Shown: piece by piece, positions 43,401 to 53,725 of the stretch
Numbering within the stretch: the first letter of the stretch is position 1
How the letters are laid out: each line of letters opens with the position of its first letter
NCBI GenBank assembly: GCA_946965045.2
Contig: OX337234.1
Coordinates: 248,001 to 312,000 of the forward strand
Direction: 5' to 3'
Length of the DNA stretch: 64,000 bases
Origin: Epithemia pelagica
Lineage: Eukaryota; Protista; Bacillariophyta
Notes under the pieces: model-generated
What the model was told of the DNA's origin: nothing
What the model saw: the letters and a program-made list of their open reading frames with translations, nothing else
Databases searched by the model: none
Position numbers and translations under genes: made by a program

Positions 43401-44870
43401 AAAATCTTCAAGGCAGTGTGGCAGATGAAACGAAAACGCGACATCATCACACGAGACATAAAGGCACACAAGGCAAGGCTGAACTTCGATGGCTCACGTA
43501 TGGAGAAAGGGCGGGATTACGACCAAACGTACGCACCCGTGGCCAACTGGGCATCAATTCGACTCGTGCTAGCGCTGGTGTCAGCCTTCAACTGGCACAC
43601 GACGCAAATCGACTACGTACTGGCATATCCACAGGCGCCAGTTGAACGGGAGGTCTATATGGAGATTCCCCGGGGCTATGAACTGGAAGGAGGCAAATCC
43701 AAAACGGACTACGCCCTACAGCTCCACGCCAACTTGTATGGCCAAAAACAGGCCGGGAGAGTATGGTACCAACACCTATCGAGGAGATTGGTACAGGATG
43801 TGGGATTCACCAAATCATCCATAGACGAATGTGTTTTCTACCGAGGCTCAGTGGTGTACGTATTGTACACAGACGATAGCATCCTCTGTGGGCCGAACCA
43901 ACAGGAGATTGACCAAGTGATTGCCGACCTCAAGGCGGCAAAGCTCAACATCACTGTGGAAGGCAACATCAAGGATTTCCTCGGCGTAAACATCACCAAA
44001 CATGCTGACGGGCGAATCACATTCGCACAGCCGCATCTTATCCAAAAGATACTGCAGGCCCTTCACTTCAAGGACAACACGACCACAAAAGACAATCCCA
44101 TGGCGTCATCAAAGATCTTGCATCGCCACCTTGACGAGCCGGCTTTCGACGAGTCATTCAATTACCGCTCAATAGTAGGGATGTTGAACTATCTGGAAGC
44201 AGGTTCCAGGAGCGACATCTCATACGCGACACATCAATGTGCTCGCTTTGCGTCAAATCCACGCAAACCACACGGCGAGGCAGTACGATGGATAGCGAGA
44301 TACCTGAAAGGGACTCGAGAGAAGGGAATGACATTCCATCCAAACCCAGCACTGGGGCTGGAGGTATATGTCGACGCCGACTTCGCGGGGAACTGGAATA
44401 AGGAGACGGCAAGCACAGACCGAGACACAGCACGCTCGCGTCACGGATACATAATCCGTTATATGGGCTGCCCGGTCATATGGAAGTCACAGCTCCAGAC
44501 GGAAATCGCATTGAGTTCGACGGAGAGCGAGTACACGGGACTATCGTACGCACTCAGAGCCGCAATCCCGCTCATGCGACTCCTAGACGAGATGAAGGCG
44601 CAACAAATTCAAATACACTCCACCAAAGCGGAAGTGCATTGTAAGGTATTCGAAGACAACAGCGGGGCATTGGAGATGGCGCGAGTCTACAAGTTCAGAC
44701 CACGCACCAAGCATCTCAATGTCAAACTGCATCACTTTCGATCCTACGTGGAAGAAGGGAAGATATCCATACATGCGGTAGACACAACAAACCAATTGGC
44801 GGACTATCTCACCAAGCCACTTGCAGTGGATGTGCTAAGGCGGCTACGCAAACGGGTCCTCGGTTGGTGA
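40485..44870 (+). CDS. pol: Copia Pol (protease-integrase-RT-RNase H), in frame with gag after a single TGA
   Basis: Protease GIDNRCS; integrase HHCC (HYDFGH..CSAC) and D-D-E (SVDQ, ADNG, AERR); RT QIDY, LYGQKQAG, YTDD; RNase H YVDADFAG, STESEY, FEDN, ADYLTK. The ORF track starts at GTG 40575, but the frame is open from 40485. Confidence 0.93.
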   Translation, partial: RLWREWAKVNVLTIYVNIYSTLSFIAAIDIVATILIERAASTILTTLQLLLHYMILAAVTIVERNEDEDSENTMAAQAGMSKILHYIGRGTETAAEWLGNRIHTKAKAHHRKHTRTKSSNRKRLCMAAIFAMAANCSARQCAPFDSDSRMVGIDNRCSGCITHKREDIPGSITPCKRAIKGFGGTRTFNVWQCTIHWKWEDDQGKVHHMIIPNSYYVPEGGVRLLSPQHWAQTRNNVDKRGGAGETTTGTEVVLFWNNRKSRRTIPIESYGNNVATFSLASGYDKYHQYCKCAGIDDPEYDNNPLTENDVEVKPSIISDDEDGSENDDIEPENEAPPPVWHSAIQPNEAEPTTADGEAPAPRTFDINAKDAATLEETPDIIPDEEERVPSAEAELLRCHYDFGHLPFPKLQQMAKDGQLPRRLAKCHVPVCSACGYAKATKRPWRSKTVRDREAEVKPTRPGQVVSVDQLVSPTPGLIAQMTGFLTKQRYNYATVYVDQATSLGFVYLQRTATAAETIQGKKAFERYALNRGVKIEAYHADNGIFKAKAWVQCCERDGQELTFAAVGAHHANGKAERRIRELQEMARTMLMHAHKRWPEAISAHLWPYALRQANLCINNSPNMQHSSKQAPIQLFAQTPVNINRKHWKPFGCPVYVLSEALQSGKPHHKWKERARIGIYLGQSPIHNRNVALVLHRHTGHVSPQFHVRFDKGFDTMKQEKVEATWQVSTFFKTATGKANGKKDQQPKPRKTAKRSRRQEGAAPGMELGTREINTQQQRKDHDPMQDGTLPQEGDLTMEQPENAQQTPATSQERREVQSQREQTSAPPQTPTIRTRSGRIRKPTQRLIEVMSAETEDEEIIPGEIFTYATLCPQDDMVAEDGLLAYKTMIKHEAAKKRAKESKKRRKATKQQSKLNPIAFKAAISDPDTMYHHEAMAQEDSAQFVQGMQKEMDRQMEDGNFSIVHRSKIPKGTKIFKAVWQMKRKRDIITRDIKAHKARLNFDGSRMEKGRDYDQTYAPVANWASIRLVLALVSAFNWHTTQIDYVLAYPQAPVEREVYMEIPRGYELEGGKSKTDYALQLHANLYGQKQAGRVWYQHLSRRLVQDVGFTKSSIDECVFYRGSVVYVLYTDDSILCGPNQQEIDQVIADLKAAKLNITVEGNIKDFLGVNITKHADGRITFAQPHLIQKILQALHFKDNTTTKDNPMASSKILHRHLDEPAFDESFNYRSIVGMLNYLEAGSRSDISYATHQCARFASNPRKPHGEAVRWIARYLKGTREKGMTFHPNPALGLEVYVDADFAGNWNKETASTDRDTARSRHGYIIRYMGCPVIWKSQLQTEIALSSTESEYTGLSYALRAAIPLMRLLDEMKAQQIQIHSTKAEVHCKVFEDNSGALEMARVYKFRPRTKHLNVKLHHFRSYVEEGKISIHAVDTTNQLADYLTKPLAVDVLRRLRKRVLGW

Positions 44871-44891
44871 TCAGCAAAGAGCACCAGGGAC

Positions 44892-44907
44892 GAAAAGTGA
44901 GAGGGAG
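44892..44907 (+). promoter_or_regulatory. Polypurine tract
   Basis: GAAAAGTGAGAGGGAG lies immediately before the 3' LTR. Confidence 0.85.
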
Positions 44908-45119
44908 TGTGAAGATATTGGGTCACCCGGTGCTTCGGGGACATCCCCCGGACGCACACGTCATCAAGGGCACTTTCCGCCTGACGTACCCTACCAATCA
45001 CTCACCAACACATCGTCTAGGGACACTGAAAACGTAACGTTATAATACTCTTTTCCCCCTTTTAATTTCATCTCTTTTAGCCCATCCAACTATACGGGGA
45101 CGACAGTTGGATTTCAACA
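44908..45119 (+). repeat. 3' LTR (212 bp)
   Basis: Matches 38680-38891. Confidence 0.96.
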
Positions 45120-46217
45120 GGTGTTAGTTTCTTTTTGGCATCCTTTTGTCGCGAATAGATAGTCTCGAATCCATGCAGTATATAGTTTCAGCTCCTAGCA
45201 CATCCTGCAGTTTTGACATTGAACGAATCGATCCCTTGCCTCGGTACACACGCCTACGTCTCTGGTGAACTCATAGGTACTTCCCACTACCGATTGGAAT
45301 TCGACGACTGCCTCGTTTTTGGGGGGTTCTGGACTGTTCCCCATTATGGATATACTCCTATATGGTCTTTGCCTAGTGCCAACAGCAAGGGAACTCTGTG
45401 TCAATATCATATGATTCTCCAATGACCGATAGACCCACATTGGTCACAATATTTCTTCTCTCTAAGCCGAGAAAGGGAGATCTAGATCCATCTCCAATGG
45501 GACACAAGATAGAGCCATCTATGGCCATCGTAGTATTCAGCTAGCACAAAATCTATCCATAGCATCTACAAAAGCGACCTACCACAGCGTGTAAAAGACC
45601 TTGCCATCTTACAGAGAGACAATGGCGCACACACACCGATCATCGGTATTAGCTCTCTCTGTTCGACCGAACCAGAAACCAGAAAAGATCTGGAGTTGGT
45701 GCTGGTGAATGCAAACGAGAAAATCTAGATTGGCCTCACAAGCAAAAAGGGTTTTCTTTACAAGTCTCTTGATTGGTCATTTATTTTCCCTACCAGGATG
45801 ATGATGACAACACTGCTACTACTTCTAATTTCGTGCACCCCTTACACTATGGTCGCTGCCTTTGGTTTGACTGCGTGGTCGTTTTATCCTTGTGTGTGCG
45901 AATGAGGGCAACTTTTCATCCAGCATTGTTAAACTCTTGATCAAACGCATGCAGGGGTCGATGCTGGACCAGGTGATTTTGTTTCGTTGAACGAGACAAA
46001 ACGGGTTCTTTTGCAATAAAGTACTGCATCGGCCGGTCAGCTAATATCACAGCAAAAACCAATGGACGGTACAATGTCATTCAAGATAAAGAGTTCGAAC
46101 GGATGAACAACAAGAACAAAAGGAGTTGTCCTCTCGAACCAAGGACAGCGTGGGCGGTGGACCTCATTGTGGAGGTCTTGAAGGTCGCGGTCCAGTAGTC
46201 TTTGATGACTGACTGGG

Positions 46218-46463
46218 TTGTCTCTTTACGATGAGTCGCAAAAGTTCCGACCAGCTCTTTCTGCGACATGTGATCGCGTAGGCATTGGTGGAAACGAGGC
46301 CCAGATGGAAGAATTATTTGACGGTGCTGAGAAGCTCACCATGGTGCGTTTCGGAGGTGGTCGAGCTATGGAGGTGTCGGGACCTGGACCGAACATGGGA
46401 AATGCTTACTGCGTTGGATTAGATTGTCAAAAGAATCGCACTTTGAAACGACGCATCAAGTAG
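46218..46463 (+). pseudogene. Remnant of the 3' end of a G2-like gene (duplicate of 30116-30361)
   Basis: Near-identical to 30116-30361. Confidence 0.45.
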
Positions 46464-46920
46464 GCATGCTCGGACGTCGTCCATCGAAATGCCCTCTATG
46501 ACGAATCAAGCAACCGTTATTCACTCAAAAGGCAATGCATCTATTCTGTCAGTCCAACGAACACATGACACGCCTGCATGCGAATCAGCACCTCTTTTGA
46601 TCCGTCGAGGTGCGCCGTCTCCACCATCCGATTCTTTTCACTCAACACGTCGAGTCTCCCAACACACCATGTATGTGATGGATTTGGATTGGTCGAATTG
46701 TGCTCCATGAAGAACGAGCGCGAATCAACAACAAACACACCAATGTCTACTTGATCACGGAACGAGAACGAAACAGAGAGTCGAAACGCATCCATAACCC
46801 ATCTTGTTTGTTCGAACTAGACTTGACTGCATCCATCACAACGCTCCTGGCTGCCACAAAAAGGAAGCGCTCCTCGTAGAGGAAGGACCTTTTTCTGACC
46901 AATTCCACAAAGAAAAACCA

Positions 46921-48060
46921 ATGCTGACAAGGATGAAGATCCAGGAACAAGCTTTGTTGTCAGGATTGGTTTTTGCCGACTGCAAGGGCACCATAGAACC
47001 ACGTTGGAGGCCATCTAGTGATAATTGGCCTCCACTACATGGACATTACGGCTGGGGTCACGGGTTGGTTGTCGTTCCTCATCCACACACGAACCACGAC
47101 AAGTTGGTGGTTTTGTTGGGAGGATGGCCGGAACTTTTTGCTATTGGTATGACAAATTCGGTTAGTCTCTTGAACGTTGGGGAGAAAAGATGGCGAAATG
47201 GACCGCCTCTCCAAGAAAAACGAGGAAGACTTGCTTCCGTGGTATGCAATGGCGCTGTTTACACCATTGGCGGATACAACGGCCAATCTGTTTTGGATAC
47301 AATTGAACGTATCCCTGTCAGCGATTTACTTCATTCATCATCATCTTCCAAGAGCAGCTCCAAAGGATGGAAGATGTTGAATTGTCGTTTGACGAGTAAA
47401 CGATATGGCTGCGCCGCTGTTGCTGTTTCTGACAGATTTATTGTGGTGGCGGGTGGATGCAATTCAAGAAGTCTCCACACCAAATGCTTATCATCCGTTG
47501 ATATCCTGGACACAGCATGTGATGGAAACCCGTATTCAGTCGTATCTGGACCATCGTTGAAAGAATGTCGAAGCGATTTTGCCATGGCTGGGGTAGGTCC
47601 ACGTATCTATGCTTTTGGTGGGTGGGGAGGACCAAACACCTCTGGTTGCCTGGAATCGGTCGAATACCTGGGGTTTGATGATTGGTTGGATCCTGTCACA
47701 TCCACTGTCGTATTGTCGACAAAGTCTTGGACCATCCACAAGGAACTCATTCTTAACATACCGAGAGCTGGATTTTTTGCAGTCCAGGTGGGTTCCTGTC
47801 TTGTTGTTGCAGGAGGATGCGATTACGACGGTAAATCCGTGTATGCTTTGGAGGTTTTGGATACTATGCGAAACATGGTTTGGGAGCTTCCGGACTTGAC
47901 AGTGAGGAGGGATGTTTTTGGCCTGGTGTCCTTGCCGAATACTCTTGCTGTGATTAGTCGGAGTAGTGGAGACGAGTTTTCATCTGAAACACTGTCACTT
48001 GTGGATAAGAAAAGTTGGCTCTTTGCACGTTTGATGGATATCGGCAAAGTTCCAACCTAG
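46921..48060 (+). CDS. Kelch-repeat beta-propeller protein K6
   Basis: Intact positional counterpart of K3. Confidence 0.85.
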   Translation: MLTRMKIQEQALLSGLVFADCKGTIEPRWRPSSDNWPPLHGHYGWGHGLVVVPHPHTNHDKLVVLLGGWPELFAIGMTNSVSLLNVGEKRWRNGPPLQEKRGRLASVVCNGAVYTIGGYNGQSVLDTIERIPVSDLLHSSSSSKSSSKGWKMLNCRLTSKRYGCAAVAVSDRFIVVAGGCNSRSLHTKCLSSVDILDTACDGNPYSVVSGPSLKECRSDFAMAGVGPRIYAFGGWGGPNTSGCLESVEYLGFDDWLDPVTSTVVLSTKSWTIHKELILNIPRAGFFAVQVGSCLVVAGGCDYDGKSVYALEVLDTMRNMVWELPDLTVRRDVFGLVSLPNTLAVISRSSGDEFSSETLSLVDKKSWLFARLMDIGKVPT

Positions 48061-48905
48061 AAGCACAACACACTCATGCTTTTCTTTCGGACCCTGGTAG
48101 GGCGACTCACAAGAGCCAAAAACTTTCTACTCTCAAGTCTGTTGATCATTTCTTTTCCCTAGCATGACGATGGTAACACTGCTACTTTTTACAAGGTACC
48201 TACTAGAAGAATGAGGCAAAAGAGAAAGCGAAAAGGGTGTGTCATGTTTGATACCCATAGTGTCTACCGCCATTGTCCTCCTTCTCTAGAGCTCTACTAG
48301 AGGTACTCGATTGGAGTAGCTCTACGAGTACTCCAATTACAATCACACCTCTCTCAGGACTCGGGAGTGCCATTCCAACAGTCTGTCATGCAGTCCGGTT
48401 ATGACAGCCGCCATGATGCATGTCGGTGCGCAGCTGTCCGCTGTCTGACAGTGTGTCATTGTGATTGGTGGTTGCTCTCCCAAGTTTTCTGTTCTGCTTT
48501 GTTGGTTGTTTCTGTGTTTCTTCGACATCTTTCTCTCTTTTTTTTGTTTTTTTGGATCATTCCATCATCACAGCAATAGACAAACAAACTCACCAAACAA
48601 ACAAACCAACAACACAAACAGAACATCCTTGGTTTCATTTGGACGTCATATACTATATCTGTCTGTCTCTACATGTTGACGACATTGTAGCATCCCTACT
48701 GCTGTTTGTGCTAGAACACACACAAGGCAGATGAGAGACACACTGCTCTCCGAGTAGTAGCAGTAGTGAAAGGAACGAGCCTCTCTCTCTCTCTCTCTTT
48801 GGATTGCAGGGGAATGGACGACTCTCTGTCCAACGACAACAATACCCACCTACAGTGACAGTTGGATTGTACACAAATAAAAGTTCTGGAACGATTCTTA
48901 TCATA

Positions 48906-51900
48906 ATGATGATGAGGAACGCGAATCATTGCCCCACCATCGGCAGACAAGCAACGACAGCAACACAATGGCGGCGGCGTACTACTAGTGTGGCAGCACT
49001 CTTTCTCCTTGTGGTTGTCTTTTGGGGTGGGGACCGACCAAGACAGAGCACACGGCATGGTTTGGTACAAGCTGCATCCGCCCAGAACGAACCACTTACG
49101 ACCACAACAACCAGCAATAGAGCATCACAAAAACAAAAACAATGGATCGTCCTACCCGATGGACCCCGAAACCGAAACCAACAAAAAAGAAGAACCACAA
49201 CAACCAGTCGAAATTCCTCCGTACCAAGCAACAACGAGTCCACAACAACAACAACAAGAAGTACTACTAGTACTCACCGCAAATTGCCCACCACCATGAT
49301 TGCGGCCACACCACCACATTACAATTGCGAAGCCTTGACGCCGAATTTTCAAGTTCGTTGGAAAGTTGTGCGGACCTTGGATGGAACTGCAGCTGCCGGT
49401 ACAGATCATCATTCGCATGGAACATCGTCCACCATGGCAGCTGATGCCATTGCCTTTGAACTGCTGACCCGAGGCTTGGACCATGAAGATACCTACATGA
49501 GTTTGGGCGTCAGTGGACGACCTGATCAACCGCACATGATTGGTGGCGATGTCGTGGTGGCGGATTACTTTCAAGGCAAACCTCGAGCTCGCGATTTTTA
49601 CATGAATGCCCGACGACCCTGTACCAGTACGCCCACTTTTTTAGACGACACTTCACAATCGCAGTATCATCAATATCTCCATCCTCATCCACACACCAAT
49701 CGCAACAACAATGACAGCAAGAACAAAGTTGTGACCGATGGTGCTTTGGGAGTATGTCCGGATACAGCCGAAACCTTTGTCAATGATGTTCCCACCGATC
49801 GGATTAGTGGGGTACGATTGCAACATGGCTATGTCGAAAGTGGAGGAGGAGGAGGCAAATCCTCCTTGCAAGAGGACGAGGAAGAAGCACTTTTACAACA
49901 ACAACAACAACAACAACAAGCAGGAGAAGAAGAGGATGATTCCAATCGACAAGAAGGGGCCGAGGGCGAACCTTTGGACGACGATGATGACAATGATGAT
50001 TTTTTGACCTTGATTCGATATCGCCATCCCGTCATTCCTCACGATGTCAATGTCATTCGGAATGGCAGTCACGATGTCGATCGAGTCATGAGCATTCAAC
50101 CCGGTGTCATGACCACCATCATTTGGGCACTGGGTCCCATGGACGAACGGACCGGTCAACCCCTCTTTCATTCGTACGGCGAATCGCGAGACTTTTTGCA
50201 ATGGGAGTTGGGTCGGTTTCCTCCAGAAGATAATTGCGAACCCTTGTTTCTGGAACAAGATTGGTACGAAGATGGCAGCATGACGGCGGGGGAATACGAC
50301 GATCCCTTGCACGAAGAACGCATCATTCATCCCTTTGTGCGACCCGTCTTGACCAATACACTGGAATTTCGAGCCACGCTCGGACCGTCGGGGGGAGAAC
50401 GAGGATATCCCTCCATTACCCATGGACGAACACCTGACAATTGGGCCTGGTATATCAATGGTACGTATCAACGGTTGTATATATATATATATGTATATAC
50501 TCTGTACATATATTATTCTTAGTTCGAAACCAACAAGACGAATGATGCACGCTCCTTTGGAATATTTCCTCGCTTCGGACAGGAAGATCTCATTCACTCT
50601 CCTCTCTCTCTCTACATTACACCAGATATCTTGTTGCCCGTGATTGAGTTGCGTCGAGGGACAACCTATCGATTTTTGATCAATGGAGGCAATACCAATA
50701 CAGTTGCCATGGAAAAGCGACGAAAACATCGGAAACGAGAGGACGACCCAGATTGTTGTGAACATCGGAAACGAGAGGACGACCCAGATTGTTGTGACAG
50801 TGACGACCCAGATGACGATTCCTATCCCAATCATTATCAAGAATATCATCCCTTTTATTTGACATCGTCCATTGCTGGTGGCTATGCTCAATTGGCGCCG
50901 TCCGAACGCATCAAACAACGCATCTTGGCTGGCATCCGATTGGTCGTGGAACAACCCACACCCAACAGTCCCTACGTCGTGGGCTTTGAACCGACCGCAT
51001 TGGGACCACTCTGCCTCTTTACCGAAACCAAGGATAGTTATGAGGCTGCCGCAGGAGGTACGTGTCTCACAGAAGTTCCACGATCACACCTACCTCACGT
51101 TTGTGCAATACTCAAACTATTCATCTATATCTACAACAGGCTATCAAGAGTACTTTGCTTCCCTCAATACCTCCTGTGCTTCGGAACCAAGCATTACGAA
51201 TGCGGCAGGAGTTCTTGAGTTTACTCCCGACCGCAACACGCCGGATTTAATCTACTATCAAAGTGTCACACAAATGAACTTGGGATGGGAGATTCATGTC
51301 ATTGACGAAGATGCTCCCTCGATTGTCTCGGTCAATTGTGATCATTTTGGTTCGGCGCCGGTACAGCTTACGAGTGAATTGACCTTTCATGGTATTGTGG
51401 ACCCCATTCAAAATACAATCACCATGGAGCTTATTTACGATGGATTGGCGTGGATCTCCATTGCCTTTACCAAAGACGGACGACCGGACATGGTGGGAGC
51501 CGAAGCCGTCATTGGCTTGCCGGCCACATCGGCAACCTCCACTACCTACTTTAGTTCTATGGACGACGATTATGACGGCAATTCGACAGTCGGCGACATG
51601 CCTTGGCGCGTCACATCCCACAACCCTGCCAAATACCACATGTTTTCCAATACCGTTCCAGGTGTCGTGCCCATGCCTTCCGAACAACAAACCTTGATCA
51701 ATGCCACGATTGGACAGACACAGACCATGACCATCATGAGATTTACCAAACGTTTGTTTGAACCCGGTGAACATGCCATTTTTTCGGACCGTCCCAACTT
51801 GCTCCTCTTTGCGCACGGTTCCAACAACCAAATAAACAGTTTTCATAGTTCCTTTGGGGCCTTTGAGTTGTTGCCCAATCAGTGCGCCGTGTATATCAAG

Positions 51901-52773
51901 GGCGAACTCCAAAACGAACACGCTCTCAATCAACAGCATGGAGGTGGCGACGTAGATGTGGCAAACATGAACCATGCGCTGTGGATTGGACATGGCGTCT
52001 GCGCCGTTCTGGCGTGGGGCATCTTGGTCCCACTAGCGATTGGAGCATCCATGATCCGCAAAGTACTAGTCAAGGTATTTGGACTTTCTCATGACGCTTG
52101 GTTCCAGATTCATCGTGCCTTAAATTTAACGGCTGGTATGCTGACAATGCTCGCCTTTTGGTTGGCCGTCCGGGCCATCAACAACGGAACCGTCCCCGGG
52201 GCCGATCCCTGTCATTTTGGTTGTGGTGTCACCCACCGTCGAATCGGTTTGGTGATTTTTATGTTAACGATTATTCAAGTCAATAATGGGATCTGGAGAC
52301 CTCGTCATTCCAGCAGCGCAGACAACAATGAGATGCATGATTTAACGCTCGGTGGAAGTCGCAGTCGAAGTCGCAGCAATCGTCCGCAACAGCCGCCCAT
52401 CTTACCACGACGACTCCACGTATCGCGACATAGCGATGACGGTGATGAAGAGACGCTGAGAAGAATAACAGATTGTGTAAGACTGATTGCGGAAACTCCA
52501 ACCCAAAACACCAGCAATGGGACCGACGAAAATGAGCAAGATCCTTGTGCAGAAGGTGGCCCCGAGCCGGAACGTTCCGTGTGGCAAATATCCCATCGCC
52601 TATACGGCTTTGTGTTGCTAGCCCTTGCATGGTGGCAGGTTCATGATGGACTCGGGCTGTTCACGGACCGATTCAACGACGACCACAACTTGGAACGACA
52701 CTTTTGGATCATTGTTTCGAGTATTGCCGGATCCATTGCCGTCATTGCAATTTTTGCTCAAAACTGGTGCTAG
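48906..52773 (+). CDS. DOMON + Skeletor/Knickkopf-type domain + DOMON + cytochrome b561 membrane protein; predicted exons 48906-50460, 50626-51057, 51140-52773
   Basis: DOMON-like YMSLGVS..HMIGGDVVVA and WISIAF..DMVGAEAVIG; WYING|DILLPVIELRRGTTY..HPFYLT and TPDLIYYQS..LGWEIHV; b561 histidines in HGVCAVLAWG, WFQIHR, HRRIG and SHRLYG. GT-AG introns restore the frame. Confidence 0.8.
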
Positions 52774-53725
52774 CAACAACAACAAGACAACAGAATCACC
52801 CAGAAAATGAAAAAAAACAGTCGAGCACGGCGCGTTTGGATGCTTTCTAGAGGTTTAGTTTTTATCAACAACAATGTGCTTGATGCTCGAGTTTGGCACT
52901 CGATTGTCATTGTGTTTCGTGACTTTTTGTGCTGTGGCGAAGCGATCCCAACACGACGACTTCACCTTTTTGCCCAGCACACATGAGAGAATTGACACCG
53001 GCTACCTGCAGAACTACCACATGAACATACTATATTTGAAGCAGGATGTCTTAGATCAGTAGATAAGGTAAAGGACAAAAAGATTTTCCTAGTCTTGACA
53101 TCTCAGCGTTTACTGACTGCCAAGGGAGTACGAGATCTTAATTCGACAGCGTTATCATTCCAGTGTATGTTCGGCTCGTGTATTCGAGGTAGACCTGTCA
53201 AGGTCAAGAAGATTCGCTGTTGTGGATCTAGGTAGAGCAGGTCTTCTACTCCTACCTCCTACCCCTCTCTAATCCATGATGACGTACCACAGTGAGCGGC
53301 AAACGACTTTACAGTCACATAAGCTGGTTCTGTTGCCATGATCGAAAACCATTGATCTTCTTGGACGGATCGTATGAGCTGGTTCAGATGCGTTCCAAGG
53401 ACGATCCACGAACTTCGATCCGATTGCGTTTTCGAACGATTGATTGTCGGCTGGAACATTTTGGAACTACAATTGGCCGCCGCGCATGCGAGCGGAGTAG
53501 CTGCATCCGAGTCCCCCGCCCGTTTACGCTCTCGTACTTATCTGCTTATATGTGTTACCCGCCAATTAACGCTTGAAAATGTCTTGGTCCTTTCTGGTTT
53601 CTTTCCTCTCAAAGTCCTCACAAAATACACACGTTTGTTAGTTTGATCGCTATCACCGTCACTCCAATTGGTGCCATAAATCAAAGACCAAGCAACTAAG
53701 ATCTAAGACGAATCATTGTGCAAAG

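Larger units (their letters stand above)
38680..45119 (+). mobile_element. Full-length Ty1/copia LTR retrotransposon (diatom CoDi-type), recent insertion
   Basis: Two 212-bp TG...CA LTRs that appear identical, a GGTGTT duplication on both sides, a PPT, and intact gag and PR-IN-RT-RNaseH in Copia order. Confidence 0.96.
22200..48060 (+). repeat. Higher-order tandem duplication (~9.6-10 kb unit, two copies), each with two Gly/Lys-rich small genes and three Kelch genes; the second copy carries the Copia insertion
   Basis: Positional pairs: 24864/34876 (offset 10012), 27624/37254 (offset 9630), 30819/46921 (offset 9656 after removing the Copia element and its TSD). Intergenic DNA at 28.74-30.7 kb is nearly identical to 38.39-38.68 plus 45.12-46.8 kb. 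Confidence 0.85.

Noticed and set aside
24864-48060. Kelch genes as RAG2-like partners of the RAG1-like transposase
   Set aside because: RAG2 is a Kelch-type propeller, but these genes are canonical Kelch repeats without a PHD finger. They lie over 19 kb beyond the candidate end and expanded with their own cassette, so proximity is the only link.
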